Assembly: GCA_035526025.1 (NCBI GenBank)
Contig: DATLDE010000018.1
Coordinates: 11,292-75,291 of the forward strand
Direction: 5' to 3'
Length of the DNA stretch: 64,000 nt
From: Candidatus Limnocylindrales bacterium
GTDB taxonomy: Bacteria > Patescibacteriota > Microgenomatia > Levybacterales > UBA12049
In this document: piece by piece, positions 35,806 to 47,025 of the stretch
Layout: each line of letters begins with the position of its first letter
Numbering within the stretch: position 1 is the stretch's first letter
The notes under the pieces: model-generated
Databases searched by the model: none
What the model saw: the letters and a program-made list of their open reading frames with translations, nothing else
What the model was told of the DNA's origin: nothing
Made by a program: the position numbers and the translations under genes

Positions 35806-38748
35806 ATGGAATCAATTAACGTAAAAGGAGCAAGAGAACACAACCTCAAAAATATAGATTTGGTTATCCCCAAAAACAAACTAGTCATATTTACGGGCCT
35901 TTCAGGAAGTGGTAAATCATCACTTGCTTTTGATACTGTCTATGCTGAAGGACAACGCCGTTATGTAGAAAGTCTATCATCTTACGCTAGACAATTTCTG
36001 GGGACTATGAAAAAACCAGATGTTGATCTTATCGAAGGACTTTCCCCAGCCATTTCAATTGATCAAAAATCCACATCCAGAAATCCCCGCTCAACTGTTG
36101 GAACAGTAACGGAAATATATGATTATATGCGATTGCTTTTTGCGAGAGTTGGGCATCCCCACTGTCCTAATTGCGGACGGGAAATCGCCAGTCTTTCCAA
36201 AGAGCAAATCGTAAATTCTATTCTCGACATGCCAGATAAATTTAAGGATAAGTCAATCAAGCAACACAGAGTACTACTTCTGGCACCAATCGTGAAAGAC
36301 AGAAAAGGTGAATATAATGAATTATTTAAAGACCTAAAAAAAAGAGGATATAGCAAAGTAAGAATAGATAGAAAAATTTATGATTTAACAGATGACGTTG
36401 TTCTTATCAAGACAAATAAGCATTCAATTGATCTCGTCATCGACGCTATCACAATCACCAAAGAAACAGATCGACTAAGACTTTCAACTGATGTTGAACA
36501 GGCACTTAAATTTGGAGACGGCGAAATGATAGTGTCTAGAATACTTGATGCATCTTTATCTATGCCTGAAAAGCCTGAAAAACTGGAAGACCATCTTTTT
36601 TCTGAAAAGTTTGCCTGTCCAATTTGTAATATTTCTCTCCCTGAAATAGAACCGAGAATTTTTTCATTCAATACTCCTCATGGTGCATGCCCGACATGCT
36701 CAGGGCTTGGAAGAATACTGGATGCTGATCCTGAGCTTGTTTTTAATGAAAATCTTTCAATCAATGAAGGAGGAATTACGCCTTTTTTCAACACTATAAA
36801 TAATGACACATGGTTCGCAAGAACTCTTAAAACTTTTGCGCAAGAACACAATATCCCACTAGACAAGCGTTTTTCTGAAATTTCCAAACAACATAAAGAA
36901 CTTCTCTTGAATGGAACAGGCGAAAAAGAATACTTTGTTGAGGGAGAGAATCGGTGGGGTAGATCAACAGTGATAAGTGAACCATTTAGAGGCATTGCTG
37001 GGGAATTGAAGAAGAAATATAACGAATCCGATTCACAATACTTAAGAACTCAAATTGATAAGTTCATGCGCTATGAAGTGTGTGACAGATGCAATGGTGG
37101 ACGACTTAAAAAAGAAGCTTTTTCTGTAACTATTGATGGGAAATCAATTGTCGAAGTGTCCAATTTACCGATCGAGAAAGCTTTAGATTTTATAACAAAC
37201 CTGCCAAATGTATTGAGTGCAAGGGAACAAGAAATAGGAAAAATGATTTTAAGAGAAATTATTGAACGGGTGTCATTTTTAAAAGATGTAGGCCTTGAAT
37301 ATCTGACACTTGCCCGCTCAGCTGGATCTCTGTCAGGAGGTGAGGCACAAAGAATAAGACTGGCATCACAAATTGGAAGTGGGCTGACAGGAGTTCTATA
37401 TGTACTGGACGAACCATCAATAGGACTTCATCAAAGGGATAATTCCAAACTTATTGAGACTCTAAAGAAATTGAGAGATCTTGGAAATACAGTACTAGTT
37501 GTTGAACATGATCAAGATACGATGGAAGCAAGTGATTATATTTTTGATTTCGGGCCGGGAGCCGGAGTAAATGGTGGAAATATTATTTCTCACGGCACAA
37601 TTGATCACATCAAAAATGATAAAAACTCAATTACAGGACTTTACCTTTCTGGAAAAAAGAAGATAAAAGTCGATAAAGCAAATACTGACACCTCTCCTGC
37701 TATTGCAAATAGCTTGTCAAAAAATAACGTTAGCAATGGAACAAATAATCTTCCAAAAAATTTAAGTATAATCGGAGCAAGTGAACATAATCTCAAAAAT
37801 ATTAATGTTGAATTTCCTCTAAATAAACTTGTAGTTGTAACAGGAGTATCAGGTTCTGGAAAATCGACCCTGATAAATGATATTTTATTCCACGCATTGA
37901 TGCAAATGAAAAATGCGTATCATCCACAAAAACCGGGCAAATTTGAGACCTTAAAGGGAGCAGAAAATATCCGAAGCGTATTTGCAATTGACCAGTCCCC
38001 AATCGGTCGAACTCCTCGATCAAATCCTGCTACATATACTGGTGCATTTACATATATGAGGACTTTATTTGCATCTACAAAAGAAGCCAAACTCAGAGGA
38101 TATGGTCCCGGAAGATTTTCCTTCAATGTAAAAGGGGGCAGGTGTGAAGCTTGTGAGGGCGAAGGGCAAATTAAAATTGAGATGCAATTCATGCCTGATG
38201 TGTACATAGCGTGCGAAGTATGTGAAGGAAAACAATACAATCATGAAGCGCTTGAAGTACTTTTCAATGGCAAAAATATAGCTGAGGTACTGGATATGAC
38301 GGTTGCAGAAGCTGTAAATTTCTTTTCTTTCGTACCCCCACTTGCAAGAAAGCTCGCAACCCTGAACGATGTAGGCCTATCATACATAAAACTCGGACAA
38401 CCAGCTCCTACTCTGTCAGGTGGAGAAGCACAGCGAGTAAAACTCGCTACAGAGCTGTCGAAAAAAGGAAGAGACGCTTTATATCTGCTTGATGAACCAA
38501 CAACAGGACTCCACTTTGCAGATTTGGAAAAACTTCTGTATGTGTTAAGAGGACTTGTAGATGCTGGAAATTCCGTGTTGGTGATCGAACATAATCTTGA
38601 TGTTATTAAAAATGCAGATTATATAATTGATTTGGGACCGGAAGGTGGCGAAAAAGGTGGTCAAGTTGTTGCAACAGGAACTCCTACAGAAATTGCTTCC
38701 AATACCAATTCCTGGACAGGAAAATTTCTCAAAAAAGTACTAGAATAG
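35806..38748 (+). CDS. uvrA: excinuclease ABC subunit A
   Basis: Two ABC ATPase modules ([18 protein letters not shown]), zinc fingers CPNCGR/CxxC and LSGGEAQR signatures. 980 aa. Confidence 0.95.
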   Translation: MESINVKGAREHNLKNIDLVIPKNKLVIFTGLSGSGKSSLAFDTVYAEGQRRYVESLSSYARQFLGTMKKPDVDLIEGLSPAISIDQKSTSRNPRSTVGTVTEIYDYMRLLFARVGHPHCPNCGREIASLSKEQIVNSILDMPDKFKDKSIKQHRVLLLAPIVKDRKGEYNELFKDLKKRGYSKVRIDRKIYDLTDDVVLIKTNKHSIDLVIDAITITKETDRLRLSTDVEQALKFGDGEMIVSRILDASLSMPEKPEKLEDHLFSEKFACPICNISLPEIEPRIFSFNTPHGACPTCSGLGRILDADPELVFNENLSINEGGITPFFNTINNDTWFARTLKTFAQEHNIPLDKRFSEISKQHKELLLNGTGEKEYFVEGENRWGRSTVISEPFRGIAGELKKKYNESDSQYLRTQIDKFMRYEVCDRCNGGRLKKEAFSVTIDGKSIVEVSNLPIEKALDFITNLPNVLSAREQEIGKMILREIIERVSFLKDVGLEYLTLARSAGSLSGGEAQRIRLASQIGSGLTGVLYVLDEPSIGLHQRDNSKLIETLKKLRDLGNTVLVVEHDQDTMEASDYIFDFGPGAGVNGGNIISHGTIDHIKNDKNSITGLYLSGKKKIKVDKANTDTSPAIANSLSKNNVSNGTNNLPKNLSIIGASEHNLKNINVEFPLNKLVVVTGVSGSGKSTLINDILFHALMQMKNAYHPQKPGKFETLKGAENIRSVFAIDQSPIGRTPRSNPATYTGAFTYMRTLFASTKEAKLRGYGPGRFSFNVKGGRCEACEGEGQIKIEMQFMPDVYIACEVCEGKQYNHEALEVLFNGKNIAEVLDMTVAEAVNFFSFVPPLARKLATLNDVGLSYIKLGQPAPTLSGGEAQRVKLATELSKKGRDALYLLDEPTTGLHFADLEKLLYVLRGLVDAGNSVLVIEHNLDVIKNADYIIDLGPEGGEKGGQVVATGTPTEIASNTNSWTGKFLKKVLE

Positions 38749-38830
38749 TTATAGTTAATTTTAATTTTCAGTTTTCAATTTTTAATGAAATCCGGAATTT
38801 AAATTTAAATTTTAAATAATTGAAAATTCA

Positions 38831-40576
38831 ATGAAAATTGTAAATTTTAAATTGAAAATTTGTGTCGTCTTACTATTCGTAGTAATATCATTCATATTTT
38901 CATCTCCTGCTTCTGCATCTTCAAATTTTATTACTGATTATAAAGTTATATACAATATTGAAAAAACAGGTCAGACATTAGTGAACATTGAAATTTCACT
39001 AACAAATAAAACTTCTAAAAACTTTGCAACTGAGTATCAAATGAATTTGGGTTTTGATGATATATCAGATTTTAAATCCTCTGATGTACAAGGAAATATA
39101 AATGCAAAACTACAAAAAAAGGAAAATGGGTATGATGCAATTTTGCCCTTGAATAGAAAATCTGTTGGTGAAGGGAAAAAAAATACTTTTAATATTTCTT
39201 TTCTTACGAAAAGCATTACAAAAAATAACGGAGACATCTGGGATATTAACATTCCCGGAATTTCCAACCCATCAGATTATAATAAGTTTGAAGTTGTGGT
39301 AAAACATCCTGATTCTTTTGGAAAACCTACATATATAAAACCAAATTTTGGTAATGATTCCCTTATTTTCGACAAAGAATCATTAGGTAAATCAGGAATT
39401 TCTATCGGTTTTGGTAAGGAGCAAAATTATCAGTTTGACTTAACTTATCATTTAAAAAATCCCAACCTTTACCCAATCAAAACTAAAATTGCACTACCCC
39501 CCGATACTGGCTACCAAAGAGTTTTCATTAAAGATATAAATCCCAGGCCTAAGAGCATCAGCATTGATCAAGACGGGAATTGGCTTGCAGAATACTCTCT
39601 GTCTCCTGCACAAAAATTAGATATAACTGTTCGTGGAAATAGCATTATCCAACTCAATCCAAAATCAAGTGAGCTAACTGCAATCGAAAATGATTTATAT
39701 ACCAGATCAACAAAATTTTGGCAAACTGAAGATAAAAATATTGAAAAACTTGCTACAGAACTAAAAACACCGGAAAGAATTTATGATTATGTTGTAAAAA
39801 CACTTAAGTACGACTTCTCAAGAGTTAGTGAAAACAAATCCAGAAAGGGAGCCGTGAATGCTTTATTACCTCCCAACTCAGCAGTTTGTCGTGAATATAC
39901 AGATCTTTTTATTGCAATAACACGGGCTGCAGGAATTCCCTCCAGAGAAATAAACGGCTACGCTAACACAGGCAGTACAAAAAACCGACCGCTTTCTCTT
40001 GTAAAAGACGTTCTGCATTCCTGGCCTGAGTATTATGATGTTACAAACAAGTCATGGATTATGGTTGATCCGACATGGGGGGCAACAACAGGCGGAGTAG
40101 ATTATTTCGATACGCTGGACTTTGATCATTTCGCCTTTGTCGTAAAAGGAGAAAGTGACAGCTATCCTATTCCGGCAGGTGGATATAAATCAGACAAAGA
40201 AAGAAACTTTAAAGATGTAAAAGTAATTTATAGCAAAAGTGACTTTGACCAACAAGAAAAATTACAGCTAAATGCTCCTGTCAGTAATAAATATATTGCG
40301 GGAACTCCAATAAATATAAATGTTGAAATTACGAACGGTGGTCCAGGAGCGATTCTTCCGCAAGATTTTCATGTTTCATCAAATGAACTAAGTCCTAATG
40401 ATCAAATTTCAGAAATACCTCTGATTCCACCGGGCGGAAAACATATTGTAAAGCTTAGATTTATGCCTACAAATATTTTGACAAAAAAGTCGGCTTTGTT
40501 TACAATTCGTTTTGGAGACAAAAAAATTGAACAGAGAGTAAATATTATTCCATTATTTTTATATCCTTGGAATTAG
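38831..40576 (+). CDS. secreted transglutaminase-like domain protein
   Basis: Signal peptide. TGase core Cys (AVCREYTDLF), His (HSWPEYY) and Asp (VDPTWG). Confidence 0.65.
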   Translation: MKIVNFKLKICVVLLFVVISFIFSSPASASSNFITDYKVIYNIEKTGQTLVNIEISLTNKTSKNFATEYQMNLGFDDISDFKSSDVQGNINAKLQKKENGYDAILPLNRKSVGEGKKNTFNISFLTKSITKNNGDIWDINIPGISNPSDYNKFEVVVKHPDSFGKPTYIKPNFGNDSLIFDKESLGKSGISIGFGKEQNYQFDLTYHLKNPNLYPIKTKIALPPDTGYQRVFIKDINPRPKSISIDQDGNWLAEYSLSPAQKLDITVRGNSIIQLNPKSSELTAIENDLYTRSTKFWQTEDKNIEKLATELKTPERIYDYVVKTLKYDFSRVSENKSRKGAVNALLPPNSAVCREYTDLFIAITRAAGIPSREINGYANTGSTKNRPLSLVKDVLHSWPEYYDVTNKSWIMVDPTWGATTGGVDYFDTLDFDHFAFVVKGESDSYPIPAGGYKSDKERNFKDVKVIYSKSDFDQQEKLQLNAPVSNKYIAGTPININVEITNGGPGAILPQDFHVSSNELSPNDQISEIPLIPPGGKHIVKLRFMPTNILTKKSALFTIRFGDKKIEQRVNIIPLFLYPWN

Positions 40577-40589
40577 GGGGGAAATTTAT

Positions 40590-41879
40590 TTGATATATTC
40601 ACCTTCAAAATACTCAACTCTTCCTGAAAAAGCAGGAGTATATATCTATTCAGATAGAAATAATAAAATTCTTTACGTTGGAAAAGCGAATAACCTCAGA
40701 TCGCGCGTTTCTTCATACTTTGTAAAAAGCGCTAAATTAGGAGAAAAAACAAGGATGCTTGTTGAACAGGTTGTAAAAATTAGAATAATAATTGTTGAGT
40801 CAGAACTTGAAGCATTACTTCTAGAAGCATTCTATATAAAGAAATACCGTCCTAAATATAATATAAGATTGAGTGACGACAAGTCTTACGTCAGAATTCG
40901 AATAACCATAAAAGATAAATATCCTGTCGTGATGTTAGCCCGCAGAGAAGATGACTCGGACTCTATTTATTTTGGGCCTTACCCAAACTCCTGGGCGGTT
41001 AAGCTTGTTCTTAAAACAATCAGAAAAGTCTTCCCGTATCAATCAGCACCAAATCATCCAAGGCGGATCTGTCTATATAATCATTTGGGTCTTTGTCCCT
41101 GTCCACCAATTTTTGACTGTGCTGATTTAAGAAAAAATTATAAAAAAAACATAAAAGGTATCATTAGAATTTTAGAGGCTCAATCTTCTAAGATATTACA
41201 GGAACTTGAAAAAAAACGGGACATCTTAAGCAAAAATGAAATCTATGAAGAAGCTAATCTAGTTCAAAAAAAAATAAATGCACTACGCATAATCACAGAA
41301 CCATTTCATAAACCATTTGAGTATGATGTAAATCCAAATCTCAGAATTGATCTGAGAAAAATTGAAACTGATGAATTAAGAAACCAACTTAATGAAAACG
41401 GAATGAATATTCATACGCTCCATAGAATTGAATGTTATGATATCTCCAACACACAAGGAACTCATGCAACCGGTTCTATGGTAGTTTTTACGGAAGGCGA
41501 GAAAGACTCATCGCAATACAGAAGATTTAAAATAAAAAAAGATGGCATCCCAAATGATTTTGCCATGATGGAGGAAATGCTGACCAGAAGATTTAAAAGA
41601 GACGGTTGGGAAATGCCAAGCCTTGTAATAGTTGATGGCGGTAAGGGACAAATTACATCAGCAATGAAAGCACTTGTTGTTAATAACATAACTGTTCCGT
41701 TGATAGGTCTTGCAAAAAGAGAAGAAACAATCATTATTCCAACTGTTGACAACTTTAAAGAGCTCTCGCTTCCAAAGAATTCAAAGTCATTGCATCTTGT
41801 CATGCGAATAAGGGATGAAGCGCACAGATTTGCAATAACTTATCATCGATTACTAAGATCAAAATCTAGTTTCGAGTGA
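40590..41879 (+). CDS. uvrC: excinuclease ABC subunit C, compact form without C-terminal (HhH)2
   Basis: GIY-YIG (GVYIYSD...ILYVGKANNLRSR), Cys motif CLYNHLGLCPCP, and EAHRFAITYHR in the endonuclease region. It ends after 429 aa. Confidence 0.75.
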   Translation: MIYSPSKYSTLPEKAGVYIYSDRNNKILYVGKANNLRSRVSSYFVKSAKLGEKTRMLVEQVVKIRIIIVESELEALLLEAFYIKKYRPKYNIRLSDDKSYVRIRITIKDKYPVVMLARREDDSDSIYFGPYPNSWAVKLVLKTIRKVFPYQSAPNHPRRICLYNHLGLCPCPPIFDCADLRKNYKKNIKGIIRILEAQSSKILQELEKKRDILSKNEIYEEANLVQKKINALRIITEPFHKPFEYDVNPNLRIDLRKIETDELRNQLNENGMNIHTLHRIECYDISNTQGTHATGSMVVFTEGEKDSSQYRRFKIKKDGIPNDFAMMEEMLTRRFKRDGWEMPSLVIVDGGKGQITSAMKALVVNNITVPLIGLAKREETIIIPTVDNFKELSLPKNSKSLHLVMRIRDEAHRFAITYHRLLRSKSSFE

Positions 41880-43239
41880 TTGTGTATTCGTACGGAAAAT
41901 AGAAAAATGATGCCGGCATGTCTTCAATTAAAAATCGTTGAAAATCTGCGTATATCCTCTTTCGCTCATTGATATCTATAGTTTTTCGACCATCTTCTAA
42001 GAGCTTATCAATTCTCAAATTTTTGTATCTTGTGATATTGCTATTTTGTCCTGTATGCCAAAGCGCGTACTGATCTGGATCTTTGGGAACATTAAAATCT
42101 CCTAAAAATATCTGGTATCTATCAGGCACCTGGTCAACTTCTTCAATTTTGGTAGCGATCCCTACTTTTTTCCACTCTGACTCAACAATTTTTGCTATAT
42201 TTGAGTATTTTTTTAAAGTTGAAATAGTTAACTGAGGCTTTGAATCAAGCAACAGAAGCTTTGCATGATCAAAATCCTGTTTCCTCTCTGCAACCTCTTT
42301 ATTAAAATAAATTGAAGTTGGAGCATATGGTAAGTACGCACTTTTTCCCAATTTATCATTTGAGGGTAATGCATAATTAAGCGCAAGCCTGACCTTCCTA
42401 TCAGAAAGTGTAGGATCAGTTGTATTGTAAAACAATGTTACTAAGCTTGAATAATTTATATCTTTTTTAATAGTAGTTTTTGGAAATTTCTCAAACGAAA
42501 TATTTTGAAAATCTATACTTAACACCCCGCTTGCTTGAGTAATCTCTCCCAATGCAAAGGCAGTTTTTAATGCATTTTCAGTAGGATAGAAGATAAAACG
42601 GGTCTTCTCAAATCTTTTGTTTTTCGAACCAAGAGTCAAATTTTGAACGAAATTTCCGTTAAGCTTAATATCTTTTATATAGAAATCTCCGACACCGACG
42701 TAGCCCTTCTTAAACACAGGCTGAGATATGGTCACAAGGAAAGGTGCATAAGAATCTTTTAATTTAAAAATAATTTTGTTCTTTTCTGGCCTCTCAATTT
42801 TTACATCTGAGAAATTATAAAATAAATCTTTTGATTCAAATTTACTCCCATCATTAAATCGCTGATCATTTTTAAGTATAAATGTATAGGTTTTACCTTT
42901 ATTCTCAATCGTGTAGTCAGATGATAAATTTTTTGTTATTTCTCCATTCTCTTCAACCTTTGTTAATCCTCCTGACAATTTATTCTCAATAATTGATGGG
43001 AGATTATCGCGTTCATATGAACCAACTACTCCAATTACCGGTTGCCTTTGAAATGTTAAGATTGCAGTTAGATATTTTCCGCCGAATATAATTCCGAAGA
43101 AAATAAGTAAACCTGCCAGAAAGGAAAATAATATGGTCTTCTTAGATTTCTTAATGTAGGCTTTTATCAGCCAAAAAATGAGCCTCCGTCTTACAACTAC
43201 CATAATATGTTTACTTGAACTGCGGGAAAAGAAGAGCAA
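41866..43239 (-). CDS. ABC transporter substrate-binding protein, family 5 (peptide/nickel type), TM-anchored
   Basis: KTYTFILKNDQRFNDGSKF resembles the SBP_bac_5 signature. The real start may be the ATG at 43203, which avoids overlap with secG. Confidence 0.55.
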   Translation of the reverse strand: MLFFSRSSSKHIMVVVRRRLIFWLIKAYIKKSKKTILFSFLAGLLIFFGIIFGGKYLTAILTFQRQPVIGVVGSYERDNLPSIIENKLSGGLTKVEENGEITKNLSSDYTIENKGKTYTFILKNDQRFNDGSKFESKDLFYNFSDVKIERPEKNKIIFKLKDSYAPFLVTISQPVFKKGYVGVGDFYIKDIKLNGNFVQNLTLGSKNKRFEKTRFIFYPTENALKTAFALGEITQASGVLSIDFQNISFEKFPKTTIKKDINYSSLVTLFYNTTDPTLSDRKVRLALNYALPSNDKLGKSAYLPYAPTSIYFNKEVAERKQDFDHAKLLLLDSKPQLTISTLKKYSNIAKIVESEWKKVGIATKIEEVDQVPDRYQIFLGDFNVPKDPDQYALWHTGQNSNITRYKNLRIDKLLEDGRKTIDINERKRIYADFQRFLIEDMPASFFYFPYEYTITRN

Positions 43240-43453
43240 TTGATAAGATAACTAGAAGTACTGCGAGGATAATTGTAGAAGTTACTAAAAATTTTTCTAC
43301 ATTCCTTTTACTTCTGTACATTTCTCCCCCACCACCAAAAACAGGCGATAAGCCTTCTTCAGGAGCTTGAAGCAAGATGCTAGCGATTAGTAAGATAGCA
43401 ACAATCAATTGTGCTATTGTAAGAATATTTCCAATCATATTTTCTACATACAA
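43211..43453 (-). CDS. secG: preprotein translocase subunit SecG
   Basis: 80 aa, two TM, LLQAPEEGLSPVFGGGGEMYRSKR motif. Confidence 0.75.
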   Translation of the reverse strand: MYVENMIGNILTIAQLIVAILLIASILLQAPEEGLSPVFGGGGEMYRSKRNVEKFLVTSTIILAVLLVILSIALLFPQFK

Positions 43454-43483
43454 TTATATAACCTGATAGAGAGATATGCAAGC

Positions 43484-43885
43484 TTATTCCATAAGCCATG
43501 AAAGAATCGAAACAATAAGCGAAATCACAACTGCGCTGATTACATAGGCTAAATAAATGTTAAAACTCACACCTGGTGTTGAAAAACCTAAAAAACTGAC
43601 TTCCGGATATTCAAAGGGATTTATCGTAATTCCCTCGACAAACATAGTCATTAGATACAGAATAAATGCATTTGAAATCACTGAAAATAAACCCAAAGTA
43701 ACTAGTCTTATCGGAAAACTAATTATATTAATAATCGGCTTCAAAACTAAGAACATCAAAGCAAGAAGTGCACCACCTATAAAAATAGTTTCGAGTCCAC
43801 CTGCAATTTTAACTCCAGGAACAACTGAGGGAAGAGCAAAAAGCGCAAAAGTATAAACTGCTATTTTTCGAAGAATAGTTTTCAC
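43484..43885 (-). CDS. DUF360 / phage-holin-family-4-like membrane protein
   Basis: 4-TM protein of 133 aa with LVTLGLFSVISNAFILYLMTMFVEG resembling the DUF360 core. Confidence 0.5.
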   Translation of the reverse strand: MKTILRKIAVYTFALFALPSVVPGVKIAGGLETIFIGGALLALMFLVLKPIINIISFPIRLVTLGLFSVISNAFILYLMTMFVEGITINPFEYPEVSFLGFSTPGVSFNIYLAYVISAVVISLIVSILSWLME

Positions 43886-44023
43886 TAATAAAAGCCTATC
43901 AGATGAAGCTTTACAGTGTCAATTTAAAAATACCCTAGACATCTCGATAAAGGGTCTATTAGTGTTTGTATAATATATCAATTCACGATAAATACTTGCA
44001 GAATCGGGAATCACAGAGTAAGA

Positions 44024-45220
44024 TTGTATTTACGAAATATGAACACGGTTATATGTCCTCATTGCAAAAAAGATGTAGAAATCACACAAGCACTCAAGCA
44101 TGAATTAACTGAAAAAGAAAGAACTAAGCTTCAGGCAGAGTTCAAAAAAGAACTTGAGGAAACAAAGCAACAAGCAATATCAAGCTCTGAAAAAAAGATA
44201 AAGGAACAATTTGCACTTGAAATAAAGCTGGCAAAAGAAGACACAGAAGCCAAAGGGAATCGTATTCAAAAATTAATTGATCAAATAACTCAGCTTACAC
44301 GCGACTTGAGTCAATCAAAAGTTGAAAAACAAGAAGCTGAGATGGAGATGAGAAAAAAATTAGCCGTAGAAGAAAATAAAATTCGTCTTGATGCCCGGAC
44401 AAAAGCTGAGGAAGAACAACATCTAAAAATGCTAGCAAAGGATAAGCAGCTCCAGGATATGCTTAAGGAGCTTGAAGATGCAAAGAGAAAACTTGAACAA
44501 GGCTCTCAACAGACACAAGGAGAAGTATATGAACTTGAATTTGAAGAAATACTCAGACGGGAATTTCGACATGACAAAATCAAACCTGTCGCAAAAGGCG
44601 TAAAAGGAGCTGACATTATCCAGGAAGTGTGGGATGCACGCGGTAATTACAATGGTAAGATACTCTGGGAATTAAAGAATACGAAGCCACCATGGAAAGA
44701 GGATTGGGTCACAACACTTAAGAAGAATAAGCGTGAGATAGGAGCTGAAGAAGCAGTGTTGATATCAGAAGTACTTCCAAAAGAATTAAAAACAGCAGGT
44801 TTCAGGGAAGGAATCTGGGTAACAGAGCGAAATTTTGTAATTGGCCTTGCTTCAGCTCTTCGTGCAAGTCTTATCCAAATTTTTTATGTAAAAGAGGCAG
44901 CCAAAGGAAAAGACGAAAAAGTTGAGATTCTCTACTCCTATCTTTCAGGAGTAGATTTTAAACACAGAATCGAAAGTATTGTTGACTCCTTTACCGGAAT
45001 GCAGAATGAAATCGAAAAAGAAAAGAGGTATTTCTCGGGTAAATGGTCAAGAGACGAGAAAAACTTACGTCGCGTGCTTGACAACACATTTGGAATGCAT
45101 GGCGACTTTAAGCACATTATGGGAAATAAACTGCCTGAAATCAAAGGCTTTGATGAAGAGTCCGTTGAATCCCCCAGTATTCTAGAGGAAAAAGTTCAAC
45201 AGAATCTTCTTGAAGATTGA
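44024..45220 (+). CDS. DUF2130-like protein (N-terminal zinc ribbon + coiled coil + C-terminal domain)
   Basis: CPHCKK...(zinc ribbon), long Glu/Lys coiled coil, and a conserved C-terminal region. Confidence 0.5.
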   Translation: MYLRNMNTVICPHCKKDVEITQALKHELTEKERTKLQAEFKKELEETKQQAISSSEKKIKEQFALEIKLAKEDTEAKGNRIQKLIDQITQLTRDLSQSKVEKQEAEMEMRKKLAVEENKIRLDARTKAEEEQHLKMLAKDKQLQDMLKELEDAKRKLEQGSQQTQGEVYELEFEEILRREFRHDKIKPVAKGVKGADIIQEVWDARGNYNGKILWELKNTKPPWKEDWVTTLKKNKREIGAEEAVLISEVLPKELKTAGFREGIWVTERNFVIGLASALRASLIQIFYVKEAAKGKDEKVEILYSYLSGVDFKHRIESIVDSFTGMQNEIEKEKRYFSGKWSRDEKNLRRVLDNTFGMHGDFKHIMGNKLPEIKGFDEESVESPSILEEKVQQNLLED

Positions 45221-45516
45221 AACTTTTACTACTGGTTGCTCCTTTATATTTTCTTTATTTATCAGTAATTCTAGCCATTTATTAGATTGTTTGAACATAA
45301 TATTTACCTCCATCTACGAATTATTATATAGATTACGGATGATTCAACTTGATTTTAACCTTATATCTTTATGACAGCCTGCAATTACGCATTTAGTTTT
45401 GTAAGGATTTTATCAAGTTGATTACGAATTTCTGGAATATAATTCCGATAGTTTGCATATAAAGCTTTCAAGTTTTATAATCAGGCTGCAATATATGCTA
45501 ACTATTAATAATACTT

Positions 45517-47025
45517 ATGAAAGAATCAGGAAGATCAGCATTTGCATCAAGACCCATGGGGGCTGTAAGCACATTATCAAGAGGAACTAGCTCTGAAAGA
45601 GGTGCCAGAATTTCCGCGTCTACTTTTTCTAATCGCTCACTTGGAAGATCATTTGGACCAACCAGAGCATTTTCAACAAAAGATTTTGTTTTTTCATCAC
45701 CCAAAAGCGAAAGTACCCAACCCAGCAAGATAAACCTAGGAAATTTGAGAGAATTCACCATACCCGGAATGGCTATTCCAAAAGAAAGCTCCGCAGCAGA
45801 ACCAGGCATGACCACTTCTCCTGAAGCTATAATAAAACCTTTCGCGGCACCGGAAAATGCAAGACGCCATCACAGACGCAGACCCAACAGGCCATCAAGA
45901 GCTCATTCAGAAATTCATCGTCCTGATATACCAAGAATTGAACCATCTAACAATCCTGTTGATATGAAAGTAGAATTTCCAACTCTGGAAAAACCCAGAA
46001 CAACGACATCTATTAGATTGAGCCGCAAGCCCTCAGTTGGAGAAAGTGCCTTCATCTCGCTAAGGGATATAGCCGTAAAGCGGAATAGGATGGCTTCTGT
46101 TTCGGAAACTCCTTCAGTTGCTAAAATGGAAAACGCAGAAACTCACGCTCTTGAAGCAGTTCTGGCAGAACAATACGTATCAAGTAGAGTTGTGTCATCA
46201 ATTCAAGAGGCGCGTGCAAAAGTAGAAAGACTAATAGAACTCAAATCCGCTCCGGAAGCTACAGAAGACGTAAAAATTGATGCTCAAATAATAACTGCCG
46301 AGGCTATGAACATCGATACCCGTATGCCTGCCCCTTCTGTAGTACCGCAATTAGAAACCATACATACCGTTATGCCCGCTTTGACTACTACCCATGCAGT
46401 TGACCAAGCATCGGTTGCCCGAAGACTTTTCGCAGTACCAAGACTAAAACAATTTAAACTAACTACTGAGGAAGAAGTAGATATAGATGAGGAAAAAACA
46501 AGAGTTCTTTCATCAATATCTACAAAAGCTGAGAAAACAAAAACTATTGAAAGAACAAAAAATAAAGTTGTTGAAATGATATTAACGAGATTGGAAAAGA
46601 AGAACGCAGTAAAAACAACAAATGAATCTCAAAAAAAGAAATTTAAGAAAATTAAATATGTTGTTGATAACTCAACTAATAAAGCAAGGCTAGATGTAAT
46701 TGGAAAGATAAGAAAATTTGTTGTAAAAAGTAGCGAAACTCGTGATCAGAAGCCAACATGGAGTGAAGTCGTAAACCTACTTCCTAAAAAACCCGACAAA
46801 CAACTGATAAGCGAACTAGTTCGTGGATTTCAAGACAATGATGGGTCATGGTCTGATGTTAAAGATACCCTCAAAGAAAGTGGGGATATATTTCCCCATG
46901 CAAAAATTGATCCTATTGTTCGGTCAATCCCAGCAGTTAAGGCCAGTGAACATGCAATAGAAGAGGTTACAGAGCGTGATGTAAATCGTGTTTTGGGACG
47001 AGATACTTATAGAGAAGCTGCTTAA
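45517..47025 (+). CDS. hypothetical protein, largely low-complexity/disordered (Ser/Arg/Thr/Pro-rich N-half)
   Basis: 502 aa ORF with no motif. The antisense ORF 45498-45815 is probably spurious. Confidence 0.35.
   Translation: MKESGRSAFASRPMGAVSTLSRGTSSERGARISASTFSNRSLGRSFGPTRAFSTKDFVFSSPKSESTQPSKINLGNLREFTIPGMAIPKESSAAEPGMTTSPEAIIKPFAAPENARRHHRRRPNRPSRAHSEIHRPDIPRIEPSNNPVDMKVEFPTLEKPRTTTSIRLSRKPSVGESAFISLRDIAVKRNRMASVSETPSVAKMENAETHALEAVLAEQYVSSRVVSSIQEARAKVERLIELKSAPEATEDVKIDAQIITAEAMNIDTRMPAPSVVPQLETIHTVMPALTTTHAVDQASVARRLFAVPRLKQFKLTTEEEVDIDEEKTRVLSSISTKAEKTKTIERTKNKVVEMILTRLEKKNAVKTTNESQKKKFKKIKYVVDNSTNKARLDVIGKIRKFVVKSSETRDQKPTWSEVVNLLPKKPDKQLISELVRGFQDNDGSWSDVKDTLKESGDIFPHAKIDPIVRSIPAVKASEHAIEEVTERDVNRVLGRDTYREAA

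Noticed and set aside
38749-38830. AT-rich repetitive stretch (aattttaaat/ttttcaattttt units) considered as a CRISPR or tandem-repeat array
   Set aside because: The units are short, degenerate and have no spacer structure. This is just low-complexity promoter-region DNA upstream of the transglutaminase-like gene.
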